DNA from: Lentisphaeria bacterium
GTDB taxonomy: Bacteria > Verrucomicrobiota > Lentisphaeria > JABSQK01 > JAWLHB01
DNA length: 64,000 bases
NCBI GenBank assembly: GCA_041690595.1
Contig: JAWLHB010000043.1
Span: forward strand, 1-64,000
Direction of reading: 5' to 3'
Part shown: positions 1 to 8,427 of the stretch, in pieces
Numbering within the stretch: position 1 is the stretch's first letter
Layout of the letters: every line of letters starts with the position of its first letter
Notes under the pieces: model-generated
The model's input: only the letters and a program-made list of their open reading frames with translations
Database searches by the model: none
What the model was told of the DNA's origin: nothing
Program-made: the position numbers and the translations under genes

Positions 1-77
1 TATTATATGCCACCTATGCAAGCGCTGCAAGAGCAGACTCAAATAATCTTTTCCGGCCAGCCGAACTGGCATAGGTA

Positions 78-188
78 TCATCTCTCAGCAGATTTCAGGT
101 CGCGTTCCCACTTCTCCTGGGTATGCAGATGCTCATGAGAATCCACCAACCGCATCGCGCGCACGTGTTCCGCCAGTTCCTTGTACAT
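78..188 (-). pseudogene. Truncated 5' remnant of an amidohydrolase-family gene (36 aa)
   Basis: GGAGG RBS, then MYKELAEHVRAMRLVDSHEHLHTQEKWERDLKSAER*. D-x-H-x-H is the N-terminal metal motif of amidohydrolases. The ORF stops after 36 codons. Confidence 0.6.
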
Positions 189-365
189 ATCAGCAGCCTC
201 CGTTGCCACTCACTATAGCACATCGATTGCCGAATACCGCGCAGCGAAAAGTCTTCCCGCGTGCAGCAGTTCTGCTCCGGGCTAATGCGCTTGTCTCCAA
301 TGGACCAGTCTGATCTTATCGATCGAAAGAGTCCCCGCGTCTCCGTCTCCCCGCGTCCATTGCCC

Positions 366-3300
366 CTACTCGACCGGCTGGTAACCGGCCGGCAGGCGCT
401 CCTGGAGGTACTCAACCGCGTCCTGCATTCCCATTTCTTCCCGGTTGAAGTGCAGCGTCTCGGCGACGCGCAAGGTACCGCCCATGGTCGCCTGGCGGTA
501 GACCTGACGAATAGGTGCGTGATTCCACAACTCACCCGCCAGACTCCCTGGGAAGCTCTGCACGCTCCCCCCGCCGATGTTGGCGGAACGGTTCGCCCCG
601 TAGAGCAGCTTGAACTGGATGCCTCCGCTGGCGGTCGTCTGAGTCGTCTCCGCCGGATCGTAGCCACCCAGGAAGGTATAGCTATTGCTCCCCACCAGCA
701 GTTGGTAGTGGAAAGCAGTTAGCGGCGTCCACTCCTCGACCGTGTACCAGGAACCGGTGGCATCGCGCCAGGCGAGGAGCGCCCGCATCTGGCCGCTGGC
801 CAGATCGAGCACGATGTAGCCGCCGTAGCTCAAGTTATGGACCTCGCCATTCCCCGCGTCGAGACCACTGTAGCTCAGACTGTAGCAGACCAGCCCATTG
901 CCCGCCGTTGCCAACTTCGCCGCCGGTACCGGTTTCGCCTCGGCGACCGCCGCCCGTTCGCCGATGACAATGCCCATGGAGTCGGCAAGCTCAGCGAGAA
1001 GCTGATCAAAGCTCGTGTTGGCCTGGTTGGCGGTGCGGCTGGTAACCAGGTCGATCCTCGCGCTGAGCGTGGCGGCGCCATACGTTGTCGGTGCTTCAAC
1101 GCACTCACCGTAACGCCAGACGCCTGTGAAGGCGGCGACCACCTCGTTCGTCACACCGCCGATGTCGACTGGAACCCCATGCTGCGCGCCCATCAGGTGG
1201 GCGTAGTTGTAGCTGCCAACCAGATCCGTCGACCCGGCGATGGCGCCGTTGGTGAGGAACCAGTAGGTGGTACCTCCGCCTGTGTCGGCAGTGTACCACT
1301 CGCCCCCGTCATGCCAGTCCCTCCGGTCCCCGCTGCCATCAGCCCAGCGAACAAGCAGCGTCGCCAGCTTGTTCTCCAAATCCAGCACCGCAAAGCCATC
1401 CCCCGCAATAACCTTCGCCTGCCCATACTGCTGACCGCGTACAGTCAGCTTATAAACCACGTTATGAGTCTTTGCCAAATACTGCGCGGTGACCGTCAGG
1501 TGGCCATTGACGTTATCGAACGCCACGTCCCAGCCGGTAAAAATCCAATCGGTGTTGCCGACGACCGTCGGCGCAATCGCGTCATCACCATGGGTGACGG
1601 TCTGCACCAGTTCGCCACCGCCAGTACGCATCCCCTTGTCCGCAAGGTCGAAAGTCACGGTGTAGGTCGTCACCACGTACTGTGCCGTCACGGTCAGGTG
1701 GGCTGTCACGTTATCCAACGCCACGTCCCAGCCGGTGAAGGTCCAGCCAACACCGCCGACTACCGTCGGCGCCGTGGCGGCATCGCCATGGACGATGCTC
1801 TGCACCAGTTCGCCACCGCCTGTACGCGTCCCTTTGCCCGCAAGGTCGAACGTCACCGTGTAGGTGACCGGATCGACGATGTAAACGACCGTCAGGGTCA
1901 TCGCTTCAGCAACTTCAAAGGCGATCGCCCGGCTGCTCACCCCACCGCTCCACGAGGCAAAGGAGTACCGCCCAGCCAGCTCGCCCACGGTCTCGGGTGC
2001 TTCCAGAGCAACACCGGTTCCATGCGCCACGGTCATCGTATATGCAGTCGTCCCGCCGTGACCGGTTGAGGATCCAACCTGCACACCCGCCGTCGGCGTC
2101 GATGTCACGGTGACCTGATACTGGTTAACGTCATAGGTTGCCGTGACATCCACGCTGGCGATGACGTTGCTGTCCGTTCGTGGGTTGATCGTCAGCCCGT
2201 CACTCCACTGCACGAAGTGATAGCCCTCCTCGGGGACCGCCGCTACAGCCGTTCCATCAGCACCATGAGCAACTGTCTGGGTAATCTGGCCGCTGATGGT
2301 GCCATGGACATCGGCATGATAACTGACAGAATAGGTGTTGATGTCGAAGGTCGCGGTGACTGTATGATGGGAAGTTACATTGGCTTCGGTTCGTTCGGCG
2401 ACCGTCACTCCATCGCTCCATTGCACGAAGTGGTAGCCTTCATCTGGAACAGCCAGAACGGACGATCCACTGTTGCCGTGCTCCACCTGTTGTGTCGTTT
2501 CCCCCTCAAGCGTCCCATGCTCATCCGCCGCATAGGCGAGGTTGTAGACATTGATCGCGAAAGTTGCCGTGACATCCACGCTGGCGATGACGTTGCTGTC
2601 CGTACGTGGATTAACGGTCAGCCCATCGCTCCACTGCACGAAGTGGTAGCCAGTATCTGGCACCGCATTGACCGCCGAACCAGCGCTGCCGTGTTCGACA
2701 GTCTGCGAAACCTCACCAGTCAGCGAGCCGTTGTCGCTGGCGGCGTAAGTCAGGGTATAGCTGTTGATCGCAAAGGTCGCCGTGATATCCAGGCTGGCGA
2801 TAACGTTGCTGTCCGTACGGGGATTGACGGTCAGCCCGTCACTCCACTGTACGAAGTGGTAGCCAGTATCTGGTACCGCCGTGACCGCCGAACCATCGCT
2901 GCCATGGTTGACCGTCTGCGAACCCTCGCCGGTCAGTGAGCCGTTGTCGCCGGCAGCATAGGTCAATGTGTAGCTGTTGATCGCAAAGGTGGCGGTCACA
3001 TCGACGCTGGCAATGACGTTGCTCTCCGTTCGTGGGTTGACCGTCAGCCCGTCGCTCCACTGCGCGAAGTGGTACCCGGTAGCTGGCACTGCAGTTACTG
3101 CCGTACCATCGCTGCCATGCTCGATTGTCTGCGCAACCTCGCCAGTGAGTGAACCGTTGTCGCCAGCGGCATAGCTCACTGTGTAGCTGTTGATCGCGAA
3201 GGTTGCCGTGACATCCACGCTGACGATCACGTTGCCATCCGTCCGAGGATTAACGGTCAGCCCATCGCTCCACTGCACGAAGTGGTAACCAGTATCTGGC

Positions 3301-6300
3301 ACCGCCGTGACCGCCGTACCAGCGTTGCCGTGATTGACCGTCTGCGATATCTCACCAGTCAGCGAACCGTTGTCGCCAGTGGCATAACTCAGGGTATAGC
3401 TGTTGATCGCGAAGGTGGCGGTGACATTGAGGATGGCATTGATATTCGTGTCGGTACGACTGGCGGTCTCCACGCCGTCGCTCCACTGCACGAAGTGGTA
3501 ACCAGTATCCGGTACCGCCGTGACCGCAGTGCCATCGCTGCCGTGCTCAACTGTCTGCGAAATCTCGCCAGTCAGCGAACCGTTGTCGCCAGCGGTGTAG
3601 GTCAGCGTATAGCTGTTGATCGCGAAGGTCGCCGTGACCTCCAGACTGGCGATGATGTTGCTGTCCGTTCGCGGATTGACCGTAACGCCATCGCTCCACT
3701 GCAAGAAGTGGTAGCCGGTAGCTGGCACCGCGGTGACCGCCGAACCATCGCTGCCGTGATTGACAGCCTGCGAAACATCGCCGGTCAGCGAGCCGTTGTC
3801 TCCGGCGCCATAGCTCAATGTGTAGCTGTTAATCACGAAGGTCGCGGTGACCTCCAGACTGGCGATGACACTGCTGTCCGTACGAGGATTAACGGTCAGC
3901 CCATCGCTCCATTGAACGAAGTGATAGCCAGTATCGGGCATCGCGGTGACCGCCGAACCACCGCTGCCGTGGTTGACAGTCTGCGAAACATCGCCGGTCA
4001 GCGAGCCATTGTCGCCGGCAGTATAGGTAATGGCGTAGCTGTTGATCGCGAAGGTCGCCGTGACGGTAAGTGCTGCAATGACGTTGCTGTCCGTTCGTGT
4101 GGTGACCGTCAGCCCGTCACTCCACTGCACGAAGTAGTAGCCAGTATCTGGCACTGCGGTTATCGCCGAACCATCGTAGCCGTGATTGACCGTCTGCGAC
4201 GTCTCACCAGTCAGCGAACCGCTGTCTTCGGCGCCATAGCTCAATGTGTAGCTGTTGATCGCGAAGGTCGCCGTGACGGTAAGGGCTGCGATGACGTTGC
4301 TGTCCGTGCGTGGATTAACGGTCGGTCCATCGCTCCACTGCACGAAGTGGTAGCCAGTATCTGGCACTGCCGCGACCGCCGTACCATCGTTGCCGTGCTC
4401 AACCGTCTGCGAAATATCACCAGTCAGCGAGCCGTTGGCGTCAGCCGTGTAGGACAATGCGTAGATGTTGATCGCGAAGGTTGCCGTGAACTCCAGATTG
4501 GCGATGACGTTGCTGTCCGTGCGTGGATTAACGGTCAACCCATCGCTCCACTGCACGAAGTAGTAACCAGTATCTGGCACTGCGGCAATAGAAGTACCAT
4601 CGCTGCCGTGATTGACCATCTGCGAAACCTCGCCAGTCAGCGAACCGTTGTCGCCGGCGGCATAGCTCAATGTGTAGCTGTTGATCGCGAAAGTCGCCGT
4701 GACCTCGACGCTGGCGATGACGTTGCTGTCCGTGCGTGGATTAGCGGTCAACCCGTCACTCCACTCCACGAAGTGGTAGCCCACATCTGATACTGCAGTA
4801 ACCTCTGAACCAGCGCTGCCGTGCTCGACTGTCTGCAACTTTTCACCAGTCAATGAGCCGTTGGCGCCTGCCGCGTAGGTCAACGTATAGCTGTTGATCG
4901 CGAAGGTCGCCGTGACGGTAAGGGCTGCAATGACGTTGCTGTCCGTTCGTGGGTTGACCGTCAGCCCGTCACTCCACTGCACGAAGTGGTAGCCAGTATC
5001 TGGTACCGCCGTGACCGCCGAACCATCGTTGCCGTGCTCGACCGTCTGCGATATCTCACCAGTCAGCGAACCGTTGTCGCCAGTGGCGTAACTCAGGGTA
5101 TAGCTGTTGATCGCGAAGGTCGCGGTGACCGCCAGACTGGCGATGACGTCGCTGTCCGTACGTGGATTGACGGTCAACCCATCGCTCCACTGCACGAAGT
5201 AGTAACCAGTATCTGGCACTGCGGCAATAGAAGTACCATCGCTGCCGTGATTGACCGTCTGCGAAACCTCGCCAGTCAGCGAACCGCTGTCTTCGGCGCC
5301 ATAGCTCAATGTGTAGCTGTTGATCACGAAGGTCGCCGTGACATCCAAGCTGGCGATGACATTGCTGTCCGTACGTGGATTGACCGTAACGCCGTCGCTC
5401 CACTGCAAGAAGTGGTAGCCGGTAGCTGGCACCGCGGTGACCGCCGAACCATCGCTGCCGTGATTGACAGCCTGCGAAACATCGCCGGTCAGCGAGCCGT
5501 TGTCTCCGGCGCCATAGCTCAATGTGTAGCTGTTGATCACGAAGGTCGCGGTGACCTCCAGACTGGCGATGACACTGCTGTCCGTCCGTGGATTAACGGT
5601 CAGCCCATCGCTCCACTGCACGAAGTGGTAACCAGTATCTGGCACCGCCGTGACCGCCGTACCAGCGTTGCCGTGATTGACCGTCTGCGAAACCTCGCCG
5701 ACCAGCGAGCCGTTGCCGCTGGCGGCATAGGTCAACGTGTATGTATTGATCGCGAAGGTCGCCGTGACATCCACGCTGGCGATGACACTGCTGTCCGTAC
5801 GTGGATTGACCGTAACGCCGTCGCTCCATTGCACGAAGTGGTAGCCAGTATCTGCTACCGCCGTGACCGCAGTACTATTGCTCCCGTGCTCGACCGTCTG
5901 CAAAACCTCGCCAGTGAGTGCCCCGTTGTCGCCAGCGGCGTAGGTCAGGCCATAGCGGTTGATCGCGAAGGTTGCCGTGACGGTAAGTGCTGAAATGACG
6001 TTGATGTCCGTCCGTGGGTTGACTGTGGCGCCATCGCTCCACTGTACGAAATGATAGCCTGTTCCTGGCACCGCGGTTACCGCCGAACCATCGTTGCCGT
6101 GCTCGACAGTCTGCGAAACCTCGCCGGTCAGCGAGCCGTTGTCGCCTGCGGCATAGCTCAATGTGTAGCTGTTGATCGCGAAGATCGCCGTGACATCCAC
6201 GCTGGCAATGACGTTGCTGTCCGTGCGTGGGTTAACGGTCAGCCCGTCGCTCCAATACACGAAGTGGTAGCCCTCATCCGGCACCGCTGTGACCGCCGAA

Positions 6301-7196
6301 CCATCGCTGCCGTGCTCGATTGTCTGCGAAACATCACCGGTCAGCGAGCCGTTGGCTCCGGCAGCGTAGGTCAGGCCATAGCGGTTGATCTCGAAGGTCG
6401 CGGTCACATCCACGCTTGTGATGACGTTGCTTTCCGTACGTGGGTTAACGGTCAGCCCATCGCTCCATTGCACGAAGTGGTAGCCAGTATCTGGCACCGC
6501 GGTGACCGCCGAACCATCGTTGCTGTGCTCAACCGTCTGCGACGTCTCGCCGGTCAGCGAGCCGTTGTCGCCTGCCTTGTAGGTCAGGATGTAGCTGTTG
6601 ATCGCAAAGGTTGCCGTGACGGTAAGTGCTGCAATGACGTTGCTGTCCGTTCGTGGGTTGACCGTCAGCCCGTCACTCCATTGCACGAAGTGGTAGCCAG
6701 TAGCTGCCACCGCCGTGACCGCTGAACCATCGTTGTCGTGCTCGACCGTCTGCGAAACCTCGCCAGTGAGTGAACCGTTGTCGCCAGCCGCATAGGTCAA
6801 CGTGTATGTATTGATCGCGAAGGTTGCCGTGACGTCCACGCTGGCGATGACGTTGCTGTCCGTGCGTGGATTATCCGTCAGCCCGTCACTCCACTCCACA
6901 AAGTGGAATCCAGTAGCAGCAGAAGCCGTGACCGAAGCGCCGTCAGTGCCGTACGCGACCACCTGATGCGTTTCGCCTTCCACTGAGCCGTTCGCTCCGG
7001 CAGTGTAGCTCAGCGTATGTTCACGCATCTCCAGCGCGAATGCCTCAGACATTAGCGATACTGCAGTAATGGGCTTCGTCGAAAGCCAAAAGCGTGCTGA
7101 AGGTGTGCTTGTCACTTCGGCAGCAAAACAGTTTAGACATATTCCCGACAGCGCCAAGAAAACAAGAAAGAAACAGCGAGACCGAGTATAAGCCAT
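366..7196 (-). CDS. Giant secreted repetitive surface (stalk-like) protein with InlB-B/Flg_new-like repeats
   Basis: Signal peptide MAYTRSRCFFLVFLALSGICLNCFA (alternative start 7247). 23 x 71-aa repeats (GYHFVQWSDG), two TYTVTFDL..G.TFTGW repeats and two related C-terminal domains. Confidence 0.88.
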   Translation of the reverse strand: MAYTRSRCFFLVFLALSGICLNCFAAEVTSTPSARFWLSTKPITAVSLMSEAFALEMREHTLSYTAGANGSVEGETHQVVAYGTDGASVTASAATGFHFVEWSDGLTDNPRTDSNVIASVDVTATFAINTYTLTYAAGDNGSLTGEVSQTVEHDNDGSAVTAVAATGYHFVQWSDGLTVNPRTDSNVIAALTVTATFAINSYILTYKAGDNGSLTGETSQTVEHSNDGSAVTAVPDTGYHFVQWSDGLTVNPRTESNVITSVDVTATFEINRYGLTYAAGANGSLTGDVSQTIEHGSDGSAVTAVPDEGYHFVYWSDGLTVNPRTDSNVIASVDVTAIFAINSYTLSYAAGDNGSLTGEVSQTVEHGNDGSAVTAVPGTGYHFVQWSDGATVNPRTDINVISALTVTATFAINRYGLTYAAGDNGALTGEVLQTVEHGSNSTAVTAVADTGYHFVQWSDGVTVNPRTDSSVIASVDVTATFAINTYTLTYAASGNGSLVGEVSQTVNHGNAGTAVTAVPDTGYHFVQWSDGLTVNPRTDSSVIASLEVTATFVINSYTLSYGAGDNGSLTGDVSQAVNHGSDGSAVTAVPATGYHFLQWSDGVTVNPRTDSNVIASLDVTATFVINSYTLSYGAEDSGSLTGEVSQTVNHGSDGTSIAAVPDTGYYFVQWSDGLTVNPRTDSDVIASLAVTATFAINSYTLSYATGDNGSLTGEISQTVEHGNDGSAVTAVPDTGYHFVQWSDGLTVNPRTDSNVIAALTVTATFAINSYTLTYAAGANGSLTGEKLQTVEHGSAGSEVTAVSDVGYHFVEWSDGLTANPRTDSNVIASVEVTATFAINSYTLSYAAGDNGSLTGEVSQMVNHGSDGTSIAAVPDTGYYFVQWSDGLTVNPRTDSNVIANLEFTATFAINIYALSYTADANGSLTGDISQTVEHGNDGTAVAAVPDTGYHFVQWSDGPTVNPRTDSNVIAALTVTATFAINSYTLSYGAEDSGSLTGETSQTVNHGYDGSAITAVPDTGYYFVQWSDGLTVTTRTDSNVIAALTVTATFAINSYAITYTAGDNGSLTGDVSQTVNHGSGGSAVTAMPDTGYHFVQWSDGLTVNPRTDSSVIASLEVTATFVINSYTLSYGAGDNGSLTGDVSQAVNHGSDGSAVTAVPATGYHFLQWSDGVTVNPRTDSNIIASLEVTATFAINSYTLTYTAGDNGSLTGEISQTVEHGSDGTAVTAVPDTGYHFVQWSDGVETASRTDTNINAILNVTATFAINSYTLSYATGDNGSLTGEISQTVNHGNAGTAVTAVPDTGYHFVQWSDGLTVNPRTDGNVIVSVDVTATFAINSYTVSYAAGDNGSLTGEVAQTIEHGSDGTAVTAVPATGYHFAQWSDGLTVNPRTESNVIASVDVTATFAINSYTLTYAAGDNGSLTGEGSQTVNHGSDGSAVTAVPDTGYHFVQWSDGLTVNPRTDSNVIASLDITATFAINSYTLTYAASDNGSLTGEVSQTVEHGSAGSAVNAVPDTGYHFVQWSDGLTVNPRTDSNVIASVDVTATFAINVYNLAYAADEHGTLEGETTQQVEHGNSGSSVLAVPDEGYHFVQWSDGVTVAERTEANVTSHHTVTATFDINTYSVSYHADVHGTISGQITQTVAHGADGTAVAAVPEEGYHFVQWSDGLTINPRTDSNVIASVDVTATYDVNQYQVTVTSTPTAGVQVGSSTGHGGTTAYTMTVAHGTGVALEAPETVGELAGRYSFASWSGGVSSRAIAFEVAEAMTLTVVYIVDPVTYTVTFDLAGKGTRTGGGELVQSIVHGDAATAPTVVGGVGWTFTGWDVALDNVTAHLTVTAQYVVTTYTVTFDLADKGMRTGGGELVQTVTHGDDAIAPTVVGNTDWIFTGWDVAFDNVNGHLTVTAQYLAKTHNVVYKLTVRGQQYGQAKVIAGDGFAVLDLENKLATLLVRWADGSGDRRDWHDGGEWYTADTGGGTTYWFLTNGAIAGSTDLVGSYNYAHLMGAQHGVPVDIGGVTNEVVAAFTGVWRYGECVEAPTTYGAATLSARIDLVTSRTANQANTSFDQLLAELADSMGIVIGERAAVAEAKPVPAAKLATAGNGLVCYSLSYSGLDAGNGEVHNLSYGGYIVLDLASGQMRALLAWRDATGSWYTVEEWTPLTAFHYQLLVGSNSYTFLGGYDPAETTQTTASGGIQFKLLYGANRSANIGGGSVQSFPGSLAGELWNHAPIRQVYRQATMGGTLRVAETLHFNREEMGMQDAVEYLQERLPAGYQPVE
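2125..7020 (-). repeat. 23 tandem 213-bp intragenic repeats
   Basis: Unit INSYTLTYAAGDNGSLTGEVSQTVEHGSDGSAVTAVPDTGYHFVQWSDGLTVNPRTDSNVIASVDVTATFA. 23 WSDG motifs counted; span is about 23 x 213 bp. Confidence 0.95.
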
Positions 7197-7248
7197 AAAG
7201 GGAGCGATGAAGCAGATCAGTGTCATTGCGATAACCAGAAAAGACATT

Positions 7249-8427
7249 TTATTGTGGCGGAGGTATCGTGGAGCAAAGGCGAAAGCCATAGTAATCGGTA
7301 CGTATACTAACTTGGTTCCAAGTGCGGCTAACGACACGGCAAAAGAATGCGCTTCTATACCATACACCACCGCAAAGTAGACGCGATAACCCTTCACGAT
7401 CTGGGTGCCAATTCCAATTCCATTCCCAGACGTTTCCGGCCATTCCATAAAGGCCAAATCCGTTAGCCGTAAAAGCGTCCACCGGGTTGGTATATGGCAT
7501 TTCCCCTACCTCATAGTAAGGGTGATATCCGTCAGAGGGGCTTACATCATAGCCGTAGTCCTCACCAGCGTAATAATTGGCTTGGCTATGAGTGATTGTG
7601 TCTCCCCACGGGAACCGCTTACTCACGAGTCCACCACGAGCAGCATACTCACGTTCAACTTCGGTCGGCAATCGATAACCGTTAGCACTCCATTTGACCC
7701 ATTCATCCTCAAGATCAAGTTCTTCGGTTCTATAGATAGTTGTATGATCTTGGTTAGTATAATAGACTGGAGTCAAACCATCTCTATCACTGCGCGCATT
7801 GCACCATTTCACTGCATCATACCAGTTAATCTGTACGACGGGGTGATCCAATCCTTTCGCATAGCCAATTGGAAGATCAGGATATCCGTTCTCGACAGCC
7901 CAGTTTCTTACCTCATCCCATAGGGCTTTCGTGACTTGATACTTGCCAATGTAATAGGGCTGCACCGAGAGGGAATACTCGCCTCTGTCTGGATCCGTAC
8001 CCGCATTTGTGCCTGCAGGAATGGCAACAAACTCCTCACCTGCAAAGATGCTGTCGCTGGCGGTGACGCGCACCCGCATTTGGTCGGAGAACTGGCCGAG
8101 CCAGTCGGTGCCCGCGGCCCATTGCAGTGTGCCGTCCGTCCAAGCCGCCGTCGCTTGCACGGACGTATCGCCGGTGAGGCTCAGAACCGGCATCACGTCC
8201 CAAGTGGCGCCATCATCTGCCGAAGCTTGCAGGCCGATCACTAGCGCGTCGCTGTCTGCATCCAGGTATCGATAGGAGACATTCACCACCGTCGCTCCCC
8301 CTGACCCGGTGACTGAAATGCCTGTCACCTCCACCTGCGGGTCGGCGGCAAGGCCGGTGACAGCCAACGCGATCAGCGCCGATGCCAAGATGAGCAGTCG
8401 AAGAGGGATGAAATGAATACCGCGCAT
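7249..8427 (-). CDS. Secreted FGE-sulfatase (SUMF1, C-type lectin fold) domain protein with N-terminal Ig-like domain
   Basis: Signal peptide; HPVVQINWYDAVKWCN, YRLPTE.EREYAARGG, NGFGLYGMAGNVWEW and GFR motifs. Confidence 0.9.
   Translation of the reverse strand: MRGIHFIPLRLLILASALIALAVTGLAADPQVEVTGISVTGSGGATVVNVSYRYLDADSDALVIGLQASADDGATWDVMPVLSLTGDTSVQATAAWTDGTLQWAAGTDWLGQFSDQMRVRVTASDSIFAGEEFVAIPAGTNAGTDPDRGEYSLSVQPYYIGKYQVTKALWDEVRNWAVENGYPDLPIGYAKGLDHPVVQINWYDAVKWCNARSDRDGLTPVYYTNQDHTTIYRTEELDLEDEWVKWSANGYRLPTEVEREYAARGGLVSKRFPWGDTITHSQANYYAGEDYGYDVSPSDGYHPYYEVGEMPYTNPVDAFTANGFGLYGMAGNVWEWNWNWHPDREGLSRLLCGGVWYRSAFFCRVVSRTWNQVSIRTDYYGFRLCSTIPPPQ

Noticed and set aside
837..6725. Long plus-strand ORFs over the giant repeat gene
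   Set aside because: Antisense shadows of a repetitive, codon-biased CDS; no recognisable motifs.
7197..7457. Extended N-terminus of the giant ORF overlapping the upstream gene
   Set aside because: A 200-bp overlap is unlikely; a clean signal peptide begins at 7196 (or 7247).
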